A program made the translations under genes and the position numbers. Shown piece by piece: positions 8,744-18,711 of a DNA stretch of 56,134 nucleotides (positions within the stretch are counted from its first letter, which is position 1; every line of letters starts with the position of its first letter). Origin of the DNA: a virus. Its lineage: Duplodnaviria > Caudoviricetes. The stretch covers positions 1-56,134 of the IMG/VR virus record IMGVR_UViG_3300042923_000318. One strand, given 5' to 3'. The notes under the pieces are model-generated. The model ran no database searches, was not told the DNA's origin, and saw only the letters and a program-made list of their open reading frames with translations.

Positions 8744-9145
8744 TTAAAGATTTTCAGTTATTTCAATTATTGGAGTGTTTAATTCTGTGGTTATAAACTC
8801 TATCAACAAATCAAATATATCTTGTTTCATTTGACCTATTACAATAAAGTCTATATTGCTTTTGTTGAAATAATACAATTGTTCTGTTTTTATATATCCG
8901 TTGATACCATTATCGTTTTTGACAATTGAATCATCATGGGCAATTGGAAAATTACCTGGGTAACTAAGTTTATCTTGCTTTTGTTGCTCATTTTTAAAAG
9001 AAGACATTACATTGCAAACAATATCGTAGTTCATTCCTTTAATTTGCCCTGCATCATCAGAAAGAACTACGAAAGAGTGTTGACTTAAGGTATGCTTACC
9101 ACTTTTGTATTTTTTAATTAATATTATATCTCCTACTTTACACAT
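8744..9145 (-). CDS. PemK/MazF-fold putative toxin (endoribonuclease-like)
   Basis: KVGDIILI..HSFVVLSD..NVMSS..YIKTEQL pattern. Confidence 0.55.
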   Translation of the reverse strand: MCKVGDIILIKKYKSGKHTLSQHSFVVLSDDAGQIKGMNYDIVCNVMSSFKNEQQKQDKLSYPGNFPIAHDDSIVKNDNGINGYIKTEQLYYFNKSNIDFIVIGQMKQDIFDLLIEFITTELNTPIIEITENL

Positions 9146-9154
9146 TGCAAAAAC

Positions 9155-9307
9155 CTACCTCACAGCACCGCAAACAGTTACTTTTTTTTCACCAGACATT
9201 ACTTTTTTACTCCATTCTATTGGCGTAACATCTTTTAAAGCTTCTGCTGTTGACATTGGTATTTTTTTTCTATTGTCAAGTTTGCTTAAATCAAGACCTC
9301 TCCCCAT
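9155..9307 (-). CDS. 50-aa ORF upstream of the PemK-like gene, putative antitoxin (not in ORF track)
   Basis: GGAGG RBS; MGRGLDLSKLDNRKKIPMSTAEALKDVTPIEWSKKVMSGEKKVTVCGAVR. Confidence 0.55.
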   Translation of the reverse strand: MGRGLDLSKLDNRKKIPMSTAEALKDVTPIEWSKKVMSGEKKVTVCGAVR

Positions 9308-9453
9308 AAATATCATCCTCCATACTTTTAATTCTTTTAAAATCTTTTATTTTATATATTATGCGTACTTTTGTAATTATTATACAACTTTTTATTTTGA
9401 TAGTAAATAAATTTTCATAAATATATTAATTGCTGAAAAATTAAAAAATATTT

Positions 9454-9470
9454 TGTACGTTATTACTTTA
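9454..9470 (+). promoter_or_regulatory. Operator-like motif TGTACGTTATTACTT
   Basis: Exact 15-mer also at 20798, 51220 and 38744 (reverse); all in promoter regions. Confidence 0.7.
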
Positions 9471-9534
9471 CAATTAATTCGATATATGTTAATATTAGTT
9501 ATGGACATAGTGAACATGAAAGGAAGTGAATTAA

Positions 9535-9861
9535 GTGTCAAATGTAACATTAAATCTAGACTTATACGAATTTCTAAAAGATAGAGAAACACACGTATGT
9601 GTGTATGAGGGAGAGATTACAGCAACGGTTTTTATATCTTTTTATGACCTAGACGAATTTATAAGAATTGTAGGTGAAAGATATTTTGATGATGACCCTG
9701 TGGAGGTAGTTTTACGCTCTAGACATATTTTTGTTGAATTAAACGGCATATTTGAATATCAAGATAATTCAGTTTTAGACTATAGAAAATGTTTCCCGGA
9801 ATCAGAAATTATTGAATGTTTAGAAGAAGCCGAAGCTTATAAAAAGAATGTAAGGAAGTGA
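9535..9861 (+). CDS. Acidic hypothetical protein
   Basis: 108-aa ORF with RBS, first gene after operator-bearing promoter. Confidence 0.65.
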   Translation: MSNVTLNLDLYEFLKDRETHVCVYEGEITATVFISFYDLDEFIRIVGERYFDDDPVEVVLRSRHIFVELNGIFEYQDNSVLDYRKCFPESEIIECLEEAEAYKKNVRK

Positions 9862-9867
9862 GTTTAA

Positions 9868-10059
9868 ATGGTAGGCACAATTATAGATTATTCAAGCATT
9901 AAGGATTCAATGCACTTTGTTAAAATCGCAAGCGGTGAAAAGATAGTAACTTTGCATGTTGATAAGTTCCCAGACGTAAGACTTGGGGAACAGGTGGAGT
10001 TTGATGGTGAAAACTATTCTTTGTTAAGTAAAGGAGATAATCATGGAAATAGGATATGA
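9868..10059 (+). CDS. Hypothetical protein
   Basis: ORF in operon with RBS. Confidence 0.5.
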   Translation: MVGTIIDYSSIKDSMHFVKIASGEKIVTLHVDKFPDVRLGEQVEFDGENYSLLSKGDNHGNRI

Positions 10060-10222
10060 AAAAGGAGAAAAATGCAATAGAAGTGATTGCGACGGGATAC
10101 TAGAGGAATATGATACAGACACAAGCTGTAGCTGTCATATAAGTCCTCCCTGTTCACATTGCGTTAATAGTAGGGCTTATTGTCCTAAATGTGGTTGGGA
10201 TGCAAGAGAAGAAGAAACATAG
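10043..10222 (+). CDS. Cys-rich 59-aa protein (not in ORF track)
   Basis: AAGGAG RBS; KCNRSDC..CSCHISPPCSHC..YCPKCGW. Confidence 0.6.
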   Translation: MEIGYEKGEKCNRSDCDGILEEYDTDTSCSCHISPPCSHCVNSRAYCPKCGWDAREEET

Positions 10223-10288
10223 GAAAGGAATAAAACAAATCATAATAAGCAAAATTTCATTGAGAGGGGTTTGAGGCGCTTAAAGGGT

Positions 10289-10316
10289 AGTACAGAATTT
10301 GAAAATATTCCGTCAT
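10289..10316 (+). repeat. 28-bp cassette-boundary site (AGTACAGAATT TGAAAA TATTCCGTCAT)
   Basis: Matches the 11-6-11 site family; just upstream of the RBS of 10335..10595. Confidence 0.55.
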
Positions 10317-10334
10317 TAATGGGGGTTAAAGAAA

Positions 10335-10595
10335 TTGAAAGGCGTATGGCAATTACCTGTTTTAGAAAGAAGAACGATAAACGAACAATATATTAAGCAT
10401 AATGCTAAATATCATTATTATGAATATGAAGAACCAAGGGATATAAGTATATCTCCACTTGGCAAAAGTCTTTGCAATAAGCATGTTCAGCAAGTTGAGG
10501 ATTTTGAAAGTATAAAAGGTGGCGAAATATTAAGTAATCCACATATTGCTTGCAAAAGGTGTAGAGATAAATGGAGAAAGTTATTTAATCTTTAA
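10335..10595 (+). CDS. Hypothetical protein (cassette between two 28-bp sites)
   Basis: 86 aa, SLC..CKRC; flanked by sites at 10289 and 10594. Confidence 0.65.
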   Translation: MKGVWQLPVLERRTINEQYIKHNAKYHYYEYEEPRDISISPLGKSLCNKHVQQVEDFESIKGGEILSNPHIACKRCRDKWRKLFNL

Positions 10596-10621
10596 GGCGT
10601 AATACAAGAATATTTTAAATC
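10594..10621 (+). repeat. 28-bp cassette-boundary site (AAGGCGTAATA CAAGAA TATTTTAAATC)
   Basis: Begins at the 2nd base of the TAA stop of 10335..10595. Confidence 0.55.
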
Positions 10622-10635
10622 AAGGAGGCGCAATA

Positions 10636-10998
10636 TTGGCAAAGAATTATGAAGAAATAACAAGAAAGTTAGTTGCTGAATATTTGAAAGAAAAGACAAC
10701 AATTCATTCTGTTGCAAGAATGTTTAAGCTTACTTATCAGACAGCTAGAAGTGGAATTTTAAGAATAGAGCGATATGATAAAGAGCTTTATGAAAAAGTA
10801 ATTTTAAAGCTCAAGGCAAATAAAAGTAGTAGAGTAAGAGGCAAGTACAAAGAGACAATTTGGGACGAGTTTAAAGGTACTACACTTAAAAGAAATGATG
10901 TTATAGACATATATCTTATAAATGGCGGCACAGATACTTTGCAAGTAAGTGAATTGCTGCAACAGGTGAGAAGCCATGGAGTTCAAATATTAGGATAG
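10636..10998 (+). CDS. Diverged SpoIIID-like HTH protein
   Basis: EYLKEKTTIHSVARMFKL..RIERYDKELYEKV..LKANKSSRVRG parallels SpoIIID and 28124..28372. Confidence 0.5.
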   Translation: MAKNYEEITRKLVAEYLKEKTTIHSVARMFKLTYQTARSGILRIERYDKELYEKVILKLKANKSSRVRGKYKETIWDEFKGTTLKRNDVIDIYLINGGTDTLQVSELLQQVRSHGVQILG

Positions 10999-11008
10999 AG
11001 GTGTAATA

Positions 11009-11419
11009 ATGAATAAAGTTGTATTAATCGGAAGGTTAACAAAAGATCCAGAGTTGAAATTTACCCCAGGAAGTGGAACGGCTGTGGCAAGTTTCACAAT
11101 AGCAGTAGACAAGCGAGTAAAAAACGATACTGGGGAAAAGCAAGCTGATTTTATTTCTATAGTTGTTTGGGGCAAGACCGCTGAATATGTGGCTAATTAT
11201 TCTGCAAAAGGCAAATTGATAGGTATAAGCGGCAGAATACAAACACGTTCCTATGATGCTAAAGACGGCACAAAGCGTTATGTTACGGAAGTTGTAGCGG
11301 AGGAAGTACAAATATTAGAGTTTGCTAGAAGTTCAAATAGCGGTAGTGGTAATAGTAATTCTAATGGTTTTAACATGGATGGCATGACAGAAATAGACGA
11401 CGGAATTGTACCTTTTTAA
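11009..11419 (+). CDS. ssb: Single-stranded DNA-binding protein
   Basis: MNKVVLIGRLTKDPEL..GRIQTRSY..DDGIVPF. Confidence 0.95.
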   Translation: MNKVVLIGRLTKDPELKFTPGSGTAVASFTIAVDKRVKNDTGEKQADFISIVVWGKTAEYVANYSAKGKLIGISGRIQTRSYDAKDGTKRYVTEVVAEEVQILEFARSSNSGSGNSNSNGFNMDGMTEIDDGIVPF

Positions 11420-11562
11420 AGGAGTAAAGTTATGAGCAATAAATTAGCATTTCTAATAACTATAACGGCTCTAGGGAGCTTCATATTATCAAGCATACAT
11501 TTAGTAGCTTGGATAAGCGGAAAAGCTCACAGTGGCAAAATATTGAAGAAAAGAGGGATTTA

Positions 11563-11757
11563 ATGAAGATAGAGAGAGAAAGTTATCACACAACCTTTGA
11601 TAAGGAACTAAGAAAAGAGGTTAGTAAAACCGCAATTGATTTAGGTATAGAAGCAAATCAAGTCCTAGAGATTGCTTATGTGTATTTTAAAACTAATTGC
11701 AATATAGAAGAAGCCAGAAGAATATTAAAAGAAAGGAATGTTATAAATGACCAATGA
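11563..11757 (+). CDS. Ribbon-helix-helix-like protein
   Basis: RESYHTTFDKELRKEV..AIDLGIEANQVLE; ATG after GAGGG. Confidence 0.55.
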   Translation: MKIERESYHTTFDKELRKEVSKTAIDLGIEANQVLEIAYVYFKTNCNIEEARRILKERNVINDQ

Positions 11758-12304
11758 AGAACTATTTGCAAAAGGAGATATTGAAGCATTATATAATAAT
11801 AACTTAAAATATATGTTTAGCTTAAGATACAAATTTAAAGGCATGGACTGGGAAGAATTACAATCTTTATGCAATTTAGGATTTTCAAAAGCAGTCAAGA
11901 AGTATTCTCCAGATAAAAATGTTAAATTTATAACTTATCTTGCAATGTGCCTGCAAAATGAAGTATTTAAATATTTTAAAGATAGTAAGAAACACGCCAA
12001 CTTAGTATATTTAAGCGACTCCGTAGTATCTTATAAAAATGGACAATCGCAGACACTTGAAGACACCCTAAGCATAGAGATTGATTTTTTAGAAAATTTT
12101 ATTTGCAAAGAAGAAAACGAAGAATTAAAGAGCGCGTTGAACTGCTTAAGCAATAGAGAAAAAGCCGTAATGGATTTAGTATTAAGCAATAAAACTCAAG
12201 TTCAAATCAGTAAATTAATAGGAGTCCAGCAAGCAAGTATAAGCAGGATTCAAAAGAGATCAATAAACAAGATTAGAAGATTTTTAAATGGCTACAAAAA
12301 TTAA
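11747..12304 (+). CDS. Sigma-70 family (sporulation SigF/G-like) sigma factor
   Basis: GFSKAVKKYSPDKNVKFITYL..NEV region 2; TQVQISKLIGVQQASISRIQKR region 4. Confidence 0.85.
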   Translation: MTNEELFAKGDIEALYNNNLKYMFSLRYKFKGMDWEELQSLCNLGFSKAVKKYSPDKNVKFITYLAMCLQNEVFKYFKDSKKHANLVYLSDSVVSYKNGQSQTLEDTLSIEIDFLENFICKEENEELKSALNCLSNREKAVMDLVLSNKTQVQISKLIGVQQASISRIQKRSINKIRRFLNGYKN

Positions 12305-12336
12305 ATATGCCCGCATGTTCGATATGCACTAATAAT

Positions 12337-12376
12337 AAGCTAGTTACGTACTAGCTTTTCTTTTTTCTGCTAAAAT
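12337..12376 (+). promoter_or_regulatory. Terminator plus extended -10 restarting the tail genes
   Basis: AAGCTAGT/ACTAGCTT hairpin, T-run, TGCTAAAAT at 12368; near-identical arrangement at 14317-14355. Confidence 0.55.
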
Positions 12377-12398
12377 AAAGTAGAGGAGGTGTATACAA

Positions 12399-14318
12399 TT
12401 GGCTGATATTAAAAGTTTAAATTATGCGATTGATTTTAATATAAATGATAAAGGGTTAAAAGAAGCGGCAAAAGCTGAAAAGCAAATTGATGATAATTTA
12501 AAAAAAGCTGCAGCTAGTTCTTCTACTCTTACAAGTTCTATAAATAATACTGCTACAAGCGCAAAAGGAGCGGCTTCGCAGACAAGCAAAATTGATAACA
12601 ATTTAAAAAATGCTGCAAATTCTGGAAAAGACTTAAATAAAAGATTGGACGATTCTTTCAAGAAAGCAAGTTCGATCGGTAAAGGGTTAACACTCGGTGT
12701 TACTGTTCCTTTGCTTGGAGCGGCTGCAGCTAGTTTTAAATTTGCAAGCGACTTTAATGAAAGTTTAAATAAAGTAGAAGTGTCGTTCGGGAACAATGCA
12801 GATTCTATAAAAGAATGGTCAAAAACAACTTTAAATACTTTTGGACTTGCTCAAGGAACTTCATTAGATATGGCGGCTTTTTTTGGAGACATGGGAACTT
12901 CCATGGGCATAAATACAAAAGAGGCATCTACAATGAGCCGAAAACTTGTTGGATTAGCAGCGGATTTATCTTCATTTAAAAATATAGGAATAGATCAAGC
13001 CACAACTGCTTTGAGTGGAATATTCACAGGAGAAACAGAAAGCATAAAACAACTTGGATATGTAATGACACAAACGAATTTAGAAGAATATGCAAGAAGT
13101 AAAGGCATAAAGAAAAGCATGAAAGATATGACACAACAAGAACAAGTTTTGTTAAGGTATAGTTACATTTTGGATAGGTCACGAAATGCTCAAGGAGACT
13201 TTGCAAGAACTAGCGATAACGCAGCTAATCAAATGAGAATATTTAAAGAAAGCACTAAAGAATTGGCGGCGACAATGGGTCAAAATTTATTGCCTATTAT
13301 TACGCCTGTTATAAAAGATTTAAATTCAATGCTAAAAAAGTTTGGAAATTTAAGTCCAACAATACAAAAAAACATACTTATAATTGGCGGCATAGTTGCA
13401 GCAATTGGACCACTTATTTTTATTGTTAGTAAAGTCGTTTTGGCATTTATGGCAGTATCTAAAGCAGTCGCAGCAGCAGGAGGTATTATGGCTATACTTA
13501 CAAATCCGGTTTTCTTGGTAATTGCAGCAATAGCGGCACTTATAGGAATTATGATTTATGCGTACAAAACTAATGACGAGTTTAGAAATGCAATGAATAA
13601 TTTATTTAAAGCTATGCAAGACTTTGGGAAATTTTTTATGGAATATTTATGGCCGTCTATAAAATCAATTCTACTCGGCTTATGGGCAATGGTTAAAGAT
13701 ATTTTTAATGACATAATTTTAATAATCCAAGGAGTAATAGAAGTTTTTTCCGGGTTAATAACATTTCTTGTCGGCGTGTTTACCGGCGATTGGGAAAAGG
13801 CATGGTTAGGGGTTAAACAAATATTTAAAGGCATTGTTGATGCCATAAAAGGTATGCTTTTGGGCGTAATAGACTTAGGTAGAGGCGTTGTGAATACAGC
13901 TATAGGATGGGCAAACAACATACCTGGAGTTGAGATACCACTTATAGGTAAATTAGATATGTCAGCGGCAAATGCTGCAAGCTCTGCAATAGATTTAAAT
14001 AATATACCTGCTTATGCAAGTGGCACAATGAGTGCAGCAGGGGGGGTATCTCTAGTAGGTGAAAGAGGACCCGAATTAGTTAATTTAAATAGAGGTTCGC
14101 AAGTATTTAACGCGGATGAAACACAAAGTATGTTTTCTAGACCTTTTAGCGGAAATAAAACTATTAATTTAAAAATAGATTCCCCTATAAGCATTTCTCT
14201 AAACGGTGGCGGTGACACTACCTCTACAGCATCGGAGCTAGAAAGAACTTTAGAACAAAAAGTAAAAAATATATTTCAAAAACAATTTGAAATTTTATCA
14301 GCACAATTAGGGTATTAA
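12399..14318 (+). CDS. Tape measure protein
   Basis: Ala/Lys-rich helical protein, GLTLGVTVPL, hydrophobic segment, YASGT..VGERGPEL C-terminus. Confidence 0.9.
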   Translation: MADIKSLNYAIDFNINDKGLKEAAKAEKQIDDNLKKAAASSSTLTSSINNTATSAKGAASQTSKIDNNLKNAANSGKDLNKRLDDSFKKASSIGKGLTLGVTVPLLGAAAASFKFASDFNESLNKVEVSFGNNADSIKEWSKTTLNTFGLAQGTSLDMAAFFGDMGTSMGINTKEASTMSRKLVGLAADLSSFKNIGIDQATTALSGIFTGETESIKQLGYVMTQTNLEEYARSKGIKKSMKDMTQQEQVLLRYSYILDRSRNAQGDFARTSDNAANQMRIFKESTKELAATMGQNLLPIITPVIKDLNSMLKKFGNLSPTIQKNILIIGGIVAAIGPLIFIVSKVVLAFMAVSKAVAAAGGIMAILTNPVFLVIAAIAALIGIMIYAYKTNDEFRNAMNNLFKAMQDFGKFFMEYLWPSIKSILLGLWAMVKDIFNDIILIIQGVIEVFSGLITFLVGVFTGDWEKAWLGVKQIFKGIVDAIKGMLLGVIDLGRGVVNTAIGWANNIPGVEIPLIGKLDMSAANAASSAIDLNNIPAYASGTMSAAGGVSLVGERGPELVNLNRGSQVFNADETQSMFSRPFSGNKTINLKIDSPISISLNGGGDTTSTASELERTLEQKVKNIFQKQFEILSAQLGY

Positions 14319-14376
14319 GCTAGTTTTTACTAGCTTTTTTCATATATGTTAAAATTAACTTGAGGGGGTGTGAGCG

Positions 14377-14946
14377 TTGGGAAATCTATATAAACTAGGT
14401 GATATTTATTTTACTTCTGTAGCTGATGAAAGTTATGATTATAGTAATTCTATAACGGAAAATTCTGTTGAAGATGGCTCTATCGTATCGGATCATATTA
14501 AAAACAATCTAACAAAATTAAGTATAAATGGAGTATTAAGAGGAATAACCGCATTTCCTCAAGAAGAGTACAATACACTTTTAAACTATCTTAAGAATGG
14601 TGAAATTTTAAATTATGTGGGAGTACAATCTTTTAGTCAGTGTGCAATAGAAAGTTTATCTCCAAGTTTTACAAAAGATATTGCAAATGGCTTTGCGTTT
14701 TCTATGAGCTTAAAAGAAATTAGAGTTGCAAATAAAGTAATAGTTAATATAAATACAGATGTACTTAATATTCCAAACATAGAGCAATTAAAAACAGAAT
14801 TAGAGGCACAGAGAAGCATAGATAAGAACGCAATAACTGCAAGAGTAAAAGAAGTAAACGGAGTAGGCAGACAAGGGAAAACTGTTAAAAATACAGAAAG
14901 CGTTTTAGATGCTATAAAGGCAACAATTGCACCAGGAGGTATATAG
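14377..14946 (+). CDS. Baseplate/tail-tube initiator (Dit-like) protein
   Basis: ITENSVEDGSIVSDHI motif; follows tape measure. Confidence 0.7.
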   Translation: MGNLYKLGDIYFTSVADESYDYSNSITENSVEDGSIVSDHIKNNLTKLSINGVLRGITAFPQEEYNTLLNYLKNGEILNYVGVQSFSQCAIESLSPSFTKDIANGFAFSMSLKEIRVANKVIVNINTDVLNIPNIEQLKTELEAQRSIDKNAITARVKEVNGVGRQGKTVKNTESVLDAIKATIAPGGI

Positions 14947-14948
14947 AT

Positions 14949-15290
14949 ATGGGAATAATTCCACTTGACAAAACATTAGCTCCTTATAAATTTGAAATAT
15001 ATCTAAGCAATAAAATTTATACTTTGCAAATTGATTATAATGTAACTTTTGATTTTTACACTATAGATTTGAACTATAATGACGAGCTTTTAGTTAAAGG
15101 CGAAAAGTTAGTATTGAATCAACCGCTATTTTTAGAAGCATGTCAAGATGCGGACTTAAATTTAAATCCTAATTTTCCGGCAGAAGTTTTATTTATGGGA
15201 ACTCAAGACAGCTCTATAAAAAGAATCAGCTATGATAATTTAGGGACTACAGTTCAATTGTATTATGTTGAAAGAAGTGAATTGCAATGA
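14949..15290 (+). CDS. Baseplate plug-like protein
   Basis: PYKFEI..YN..DFYTIDL..GEKLV..LGTTVQLYY; synteny. Confidence 0.6.
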   Translation: MGIIPLDKTLAPYKFEIYLSNKIYTLQIDYNVTFDFYTIDLNYNDELLVKGEKLVLNQPLFLEACQDADLNLNPNFPAEVLFMGTQDSSIKRISYDNLGTTVQLYYVERSELQ

Positions 15291-16075
15291 GTTTATTTAA
15301 AAGAAAAATTCAAGTCATAATCAATGATAAAATGTGGACTTTTCCCGAACTTGAAATAGGATTTAACGTAAAATTTGGCTCTGACGGAATACCAGCAGAG
15401 GCTAGTTGTGAAATTATGAATCTTAACGATGATTCAATTTCAAATATTAAAGCAGGACAAAAAATAATAATTAATGCAGGATATGAGAATGATTTAGGGA
15501 CAATTCTTGACGGTGTGGTTGTTAATAGCTCATTAACAGGCGAAAGAACTGATAGAAAGCTCAAAATAAATGCCTTAAATGTTACAGACCAGTATCTAAA
15601 TATTCCTATCAATGCTACTTTTTCTGGTCCAGCAACTAGCGAATATTTAATAAAATCTGTTTTGAGTTTAGTCGGAATAGTTCCTAACGTTTTGAGCTTG
15701 GGAAGAAATTTAAGTTATCAATTTGGATTTAATGCTAATGGCAAGATGCTTAATGTATTAAGAAGATTAACTGATGAAGCTTGGAGTAAATTAGTAATAA
15801 GGAATTCTTCTATTATTATAATGCCAGACATGAAAGGAACTGAAACAGGGTTTTTATCTAATGCCTCTACCGGGTTAATTACAATAGACCCAATTGAAAA
15901 TGATAATACACCAGCTAAATATAAAGTGAAAATGCTTTTAAATCATGCTATCACAGCTTATTCAATATTAGAAATACAAAGTAAAACATTTAACGGCTTG
16001 GCTTTAGTAATAGAAGGTAATCACTATGGAGGCTCTGGAGATTTTACAACTGAATGCGATATTATGCCACTTTAG
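15287..16075 (+). CDS. Baseplate hub protein
   Basis: IMNL..INAGY..GTILDG; synteny. Confidence 0.7.
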   Translation: MSLFKRKIQVIINDKMWTFPELEIGFNVKFGSDGIPAEASCEIMNLNDDSISNIKAGQKIIINAGYENDLGTILDGVVVNSSLTGERTDRKLKINALNVTDQYLNIPINATFSGPATSEYLIKSVLSLVGIVPNVLSLGRNLSYQFGFNANGKMLNVLRRLTDEAWSKLVIRNSSIIIMPDMKGTETGFLSNASTGLITIDPIENDNTPAKYKVKMLLNHAITAYSILEIQSKTFNGLALVIEGNHYGGSGDFTTECDIMPL

Positions 16076-16085
16076 GAGGTGCAAA

Positions 16086-16643
16086 ATGAATAATAGCGCA
16101 GCAATGTTTTTTAATTCAATGGTTAATTCTTTAGGCAATCAGTTTAACAATATGATGGTGGGCAAAATTGAAAGCTACAATGATACAACTAATTTAGCAA
16201 AGATTGTACCTCTCCACACTATTCCCAATGAAAATGAAGAATATTCTCCACTTATAAATGTGCCTATTGGTTTTTTTAATTTAGGAGGCTTTACAATAAA
16301 AGTAAGCCCGAAAGTTGGAGATATAGTTTTATTACTTTATTGCGACTACGACATAGAAAATCTCAAGATAAATGGAACTAAGCAACAGAAAACAAATAGA
16401 ACTCATTCACTAGATGATGCAATAGCCTTACCTTTATCAATAAATTTTTTAAATACTTCTTTTAGTAATAATCAAGACTTAACAATTAGCAAGAATGGAA
16501 CTACATCATATATAAAAATTAAAGAAGATGGAACAATAGTTTTAAATGCGCCTAGTATCAAGTTAGGCGAGTCTGCAACGCAAAAGGTATTAATACAAGG
16601 GGGAACGTACGGAACGCCCTCTAGCAAGGTATATGCTGAATAG
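16086..16643 (+). CDS. Baseplate spike (Gp138/gp5 OB-fold-like)
   Basis: PLINVPI..PKVGDIVLLLYCD..RTHSLDDAIA; ATG after AGGAGG. Confidence 0.75.
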   Translation: MNNSAAMFFNSMVNSLGNQFNNMMVGKIESYNDTTNLAKIVPLHTIPNENEEYSPLINVPIGFFNLGGFTIKVSPKVGDIVLLLYCDYDIENLKINGTKQQKTNRTHSLDDAIALPLSINFLNTSFSNNQDLTISKNGTTSYIKIKEDGTIVLNAPSIKLGESATQKVLIQGGTYGTPSSKVYAE

Positions 16644-16648
16644 GAGGT

Positions 16649-17023
16649 ATGGAAATGAGAAGTATTATGTTTAGCGGTGGCGATATAGTTATAAATTCAA
16701 AAAGGCTACAAATGGTAGAAGGCTTAAGTCAAAAGATGCAAAGAACTAGGACGGCTTTATTAACAGTCTTAGGAGAGCTTTTTTACAATGCTGATGCAGG
16801 ATTAAACTATTCAGAGATATTAGATGTTACAGAAAAAAATATATCAAACGAGCGTAAAAAAATAGCAATTGTTGAAGCGATGATGAAAGATAGTAATGTT
16901 GAAAAAGTAGGAGAGATAAGCATTACAACTAATAGATTAAGCAGAAAAACTGAAATAAGTTTAAAATTAAAATATAAAGATGAAAATACAATAACTGCGA
17001 TTGGAGGTGTAACAGTTGGCTGA
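16649..17023 (+). CDS. Baseplate wedge/sheath initiator (gp25/DUF2634-like)
   Basis: LGELFYNADAGLNY motif; precedes baseplate J. Confidence 0.65.
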   Translation: MEMRSIMFSGGDIVINSKRLQMVEGLSQKMQRTRTALLTVLGELFYNADAGLNYSEILDVTEKNISNERKKIAIVEAMMKDSNVEKVGEISITTNRLSRKTEISLKLKYKDENTITAIGGVTVG

Positions 17024-18176
17024 TTACGGAATAACAGCAAAAGGATTTAATAAAAAACCTTTTACGGTTTTGCTAAGCGAATTTGAAGCAGATTTAAAAA
17101 GTGCTGAACTGTTTGGCGAGAATATAGATTTTTCAGACCAAGATCCATTAAAACAATTTTCAGTACCTATTATAGAGCGATTTGCAGTTTTATGGGAACT
17201 AGCAGAACAAGTTTTTTACAGTGGTTCCCCTAAATACGCAGAAGGTGTACCGCTATCATATGCTGGTAAAAACATAGGAATAAGCAGAAAACAGGCAACT
17301 AAAAGCAAAGGAATTGTCAGATTTACTGGTAGTCCTGGAACTAATATTCCTATAAATTATCAAGTCGCTACAGATACAAATATTTACTATGCAACTACGG
17401 AAACAAAAGTTATTCCTACTGGTGGTTATATAGATGTTAATGTAGAGGCTATATTAGCCGGAGAAAATGGAGATACCGCAACAAATACTATAACCAAAAT
17501 AGTAAATCCGATTATTGGTTTATCTTCTATAACAAATCAAGCAGCTACAGCTGGAGGACAAGACGAGGAAAGTGATGTTTTGTTTAGAAATAGATATCAA
17601 GATTCTACAGCAAGCGGCGCAGGTTCTACGGTAGATGCTATAAGAGCTAATGTGTTAAAAGTTACAGATGTGCAGGATGCTATTGTAACCGAAAATGATA
17701 CAGAATCTACAGTTAACAGTATTCCTGCAAAATCTTTTTTAACACTTGTAAAAGGTGGAGACAATACAGCAGTTGCAATGGCTATATTTCAAAAGAAACC
17801 AGCAGGAATAAAGAGCTACGGAACCACTACGACTAATATTACAGATACCCAAGGAATTAGTCATGCTATTAGCTTTTCGCGTCCTACAAATGTAAATGTA
17901 TGGATAGAGGTTAATACAACAGTAGATTCAAACTATCCAGTGGATGGCAACGACTTAATTAAAGCTGCAATATTAAATTATATAAATAGTATAAAACTTG
18001 GCGAAGATGTTTTAATATACAAGCTAATAACTTTAATATCTAACCTTGGATTAAATGGAATATTAGATTTAGCAATAGAGTTAAGCACAGATGGCTCAAG
18101 TTATTCAGCAAGTAACGTGACGATAGATAGTGACGAAGTAGCAGTAACAGAATTAGCAAAAATAACAATAGTTTAG
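17016..18176 (+). CDS. Baseplate J/gp47-family wedge protein
   Basis: YGITAKGF..GGQDEESD..FRNR..SFSRPT. Confidence 0.9.
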   Translation: MADYGITAKGFNKKPFTVLLSEFEADLKSAELFGENIDFSDQDPLKQFSVPIIERFAVLWELAEQVFYSGSPKYAEGVPLSYAGKNIGISRKQATKSKGIVRFTGSPGTNIPINYQVATDTNIYYATTETKVIPTGGYIDVNVEAILAGENGDTATNTITKIVNPIIGLSSITNQAATAGGQDEESDVLFRNRYQDSTASGAGSTVDAIRANVLKVTDVQDAIVTENDTESTVNSIPAKSFLTLVKGGDNTAVAMAIFQKKPAGIKSYGTTTTNITDTQGISHAISFSRPTNVNVWIEVNTTVDSNYPVDGNDLIKAAILNYINSIKLGEDVLIYKLITLISNLGLNGILDLAIELSTDGSSYSASNVTIDSDEVAVTELAKITIV

Positions 18177-18186
18177 AGGTGATATT

Positions 18187-18708
18187 GTGGCTACTTTAGA
18201 TGAAATGATAGAACTATTACCTTATCACTTAAGAGAAGGAGAAAATATAAAAAAATATTATACTGCTATTGCTAATAAATTTGAGGAATTGATTGCGGTT
18301 TTTGCAGATATAAGAGATTGTATGGATTTAGATAAAGCTCATGATTTTGGTCTAGATATTATAGGCGATAAAGTCGGAGAGGTTCGGAACGGGTTAACCG
18401 ACAATGAATTTAGAGAAGTTTTAAGAACTAAAATTATAAGCAATAGAAGTGACGGAAGTATAGAAACTCTAAATGATTTTGGAAGATTAATCTTGAAAGA
18501 ATATTTTACAGGAATAATTGAATCCGATAATCCAGCAGAGATAATTTTAAGATATACATATCCTTTAATAAATAATCCAGAACAAATTTTTAAAAAAGTT
18601 GTTTCGGTAGGAGTAAAAATAAGTACAGAATTAGAAACTTATGTCCCAGTTGCAGGAGCTTATAAACTTGGGCAGATACCATTTACAAAAGTATCATCAA
18701 CTATTTAG
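18187..18708 (+). CDS. Baseplate wedge protein (DUF2612-like)
   Basis: DLDKA..GLDIIGDKVG..R..LTDNEFR..KI. Confidence 0.75.
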   Translation: MATLDEMIELLPYHLREGENIKKYYTAIANKFEELIAVFADIRDCMDLDKAHDFGLDIIGDKVGEVRNGLTDNEFREVLRTKIISNRSDGSIETLNDFGRLILKEYFTGIIESDNPAEIILRYTYPLINNPEQIFKKVVSVGVKISTELETYVPVAGAYKLGQIPFTKVSSTI

Positions 18709-18711
18709 GAG

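Noticed and set aside
9535-9861. Anti-CRISPR assignment for small acidic early proteins
   Set aside because: Size, charge and nearby HTH/RHH genes are suggestive but no family similarity recognised
12316-12325. TGTTCG motifs as SOS boxes
   Set aside because: No GAAC half-site 4 bp upstream at the copies checked (12316, 32771, 35263)
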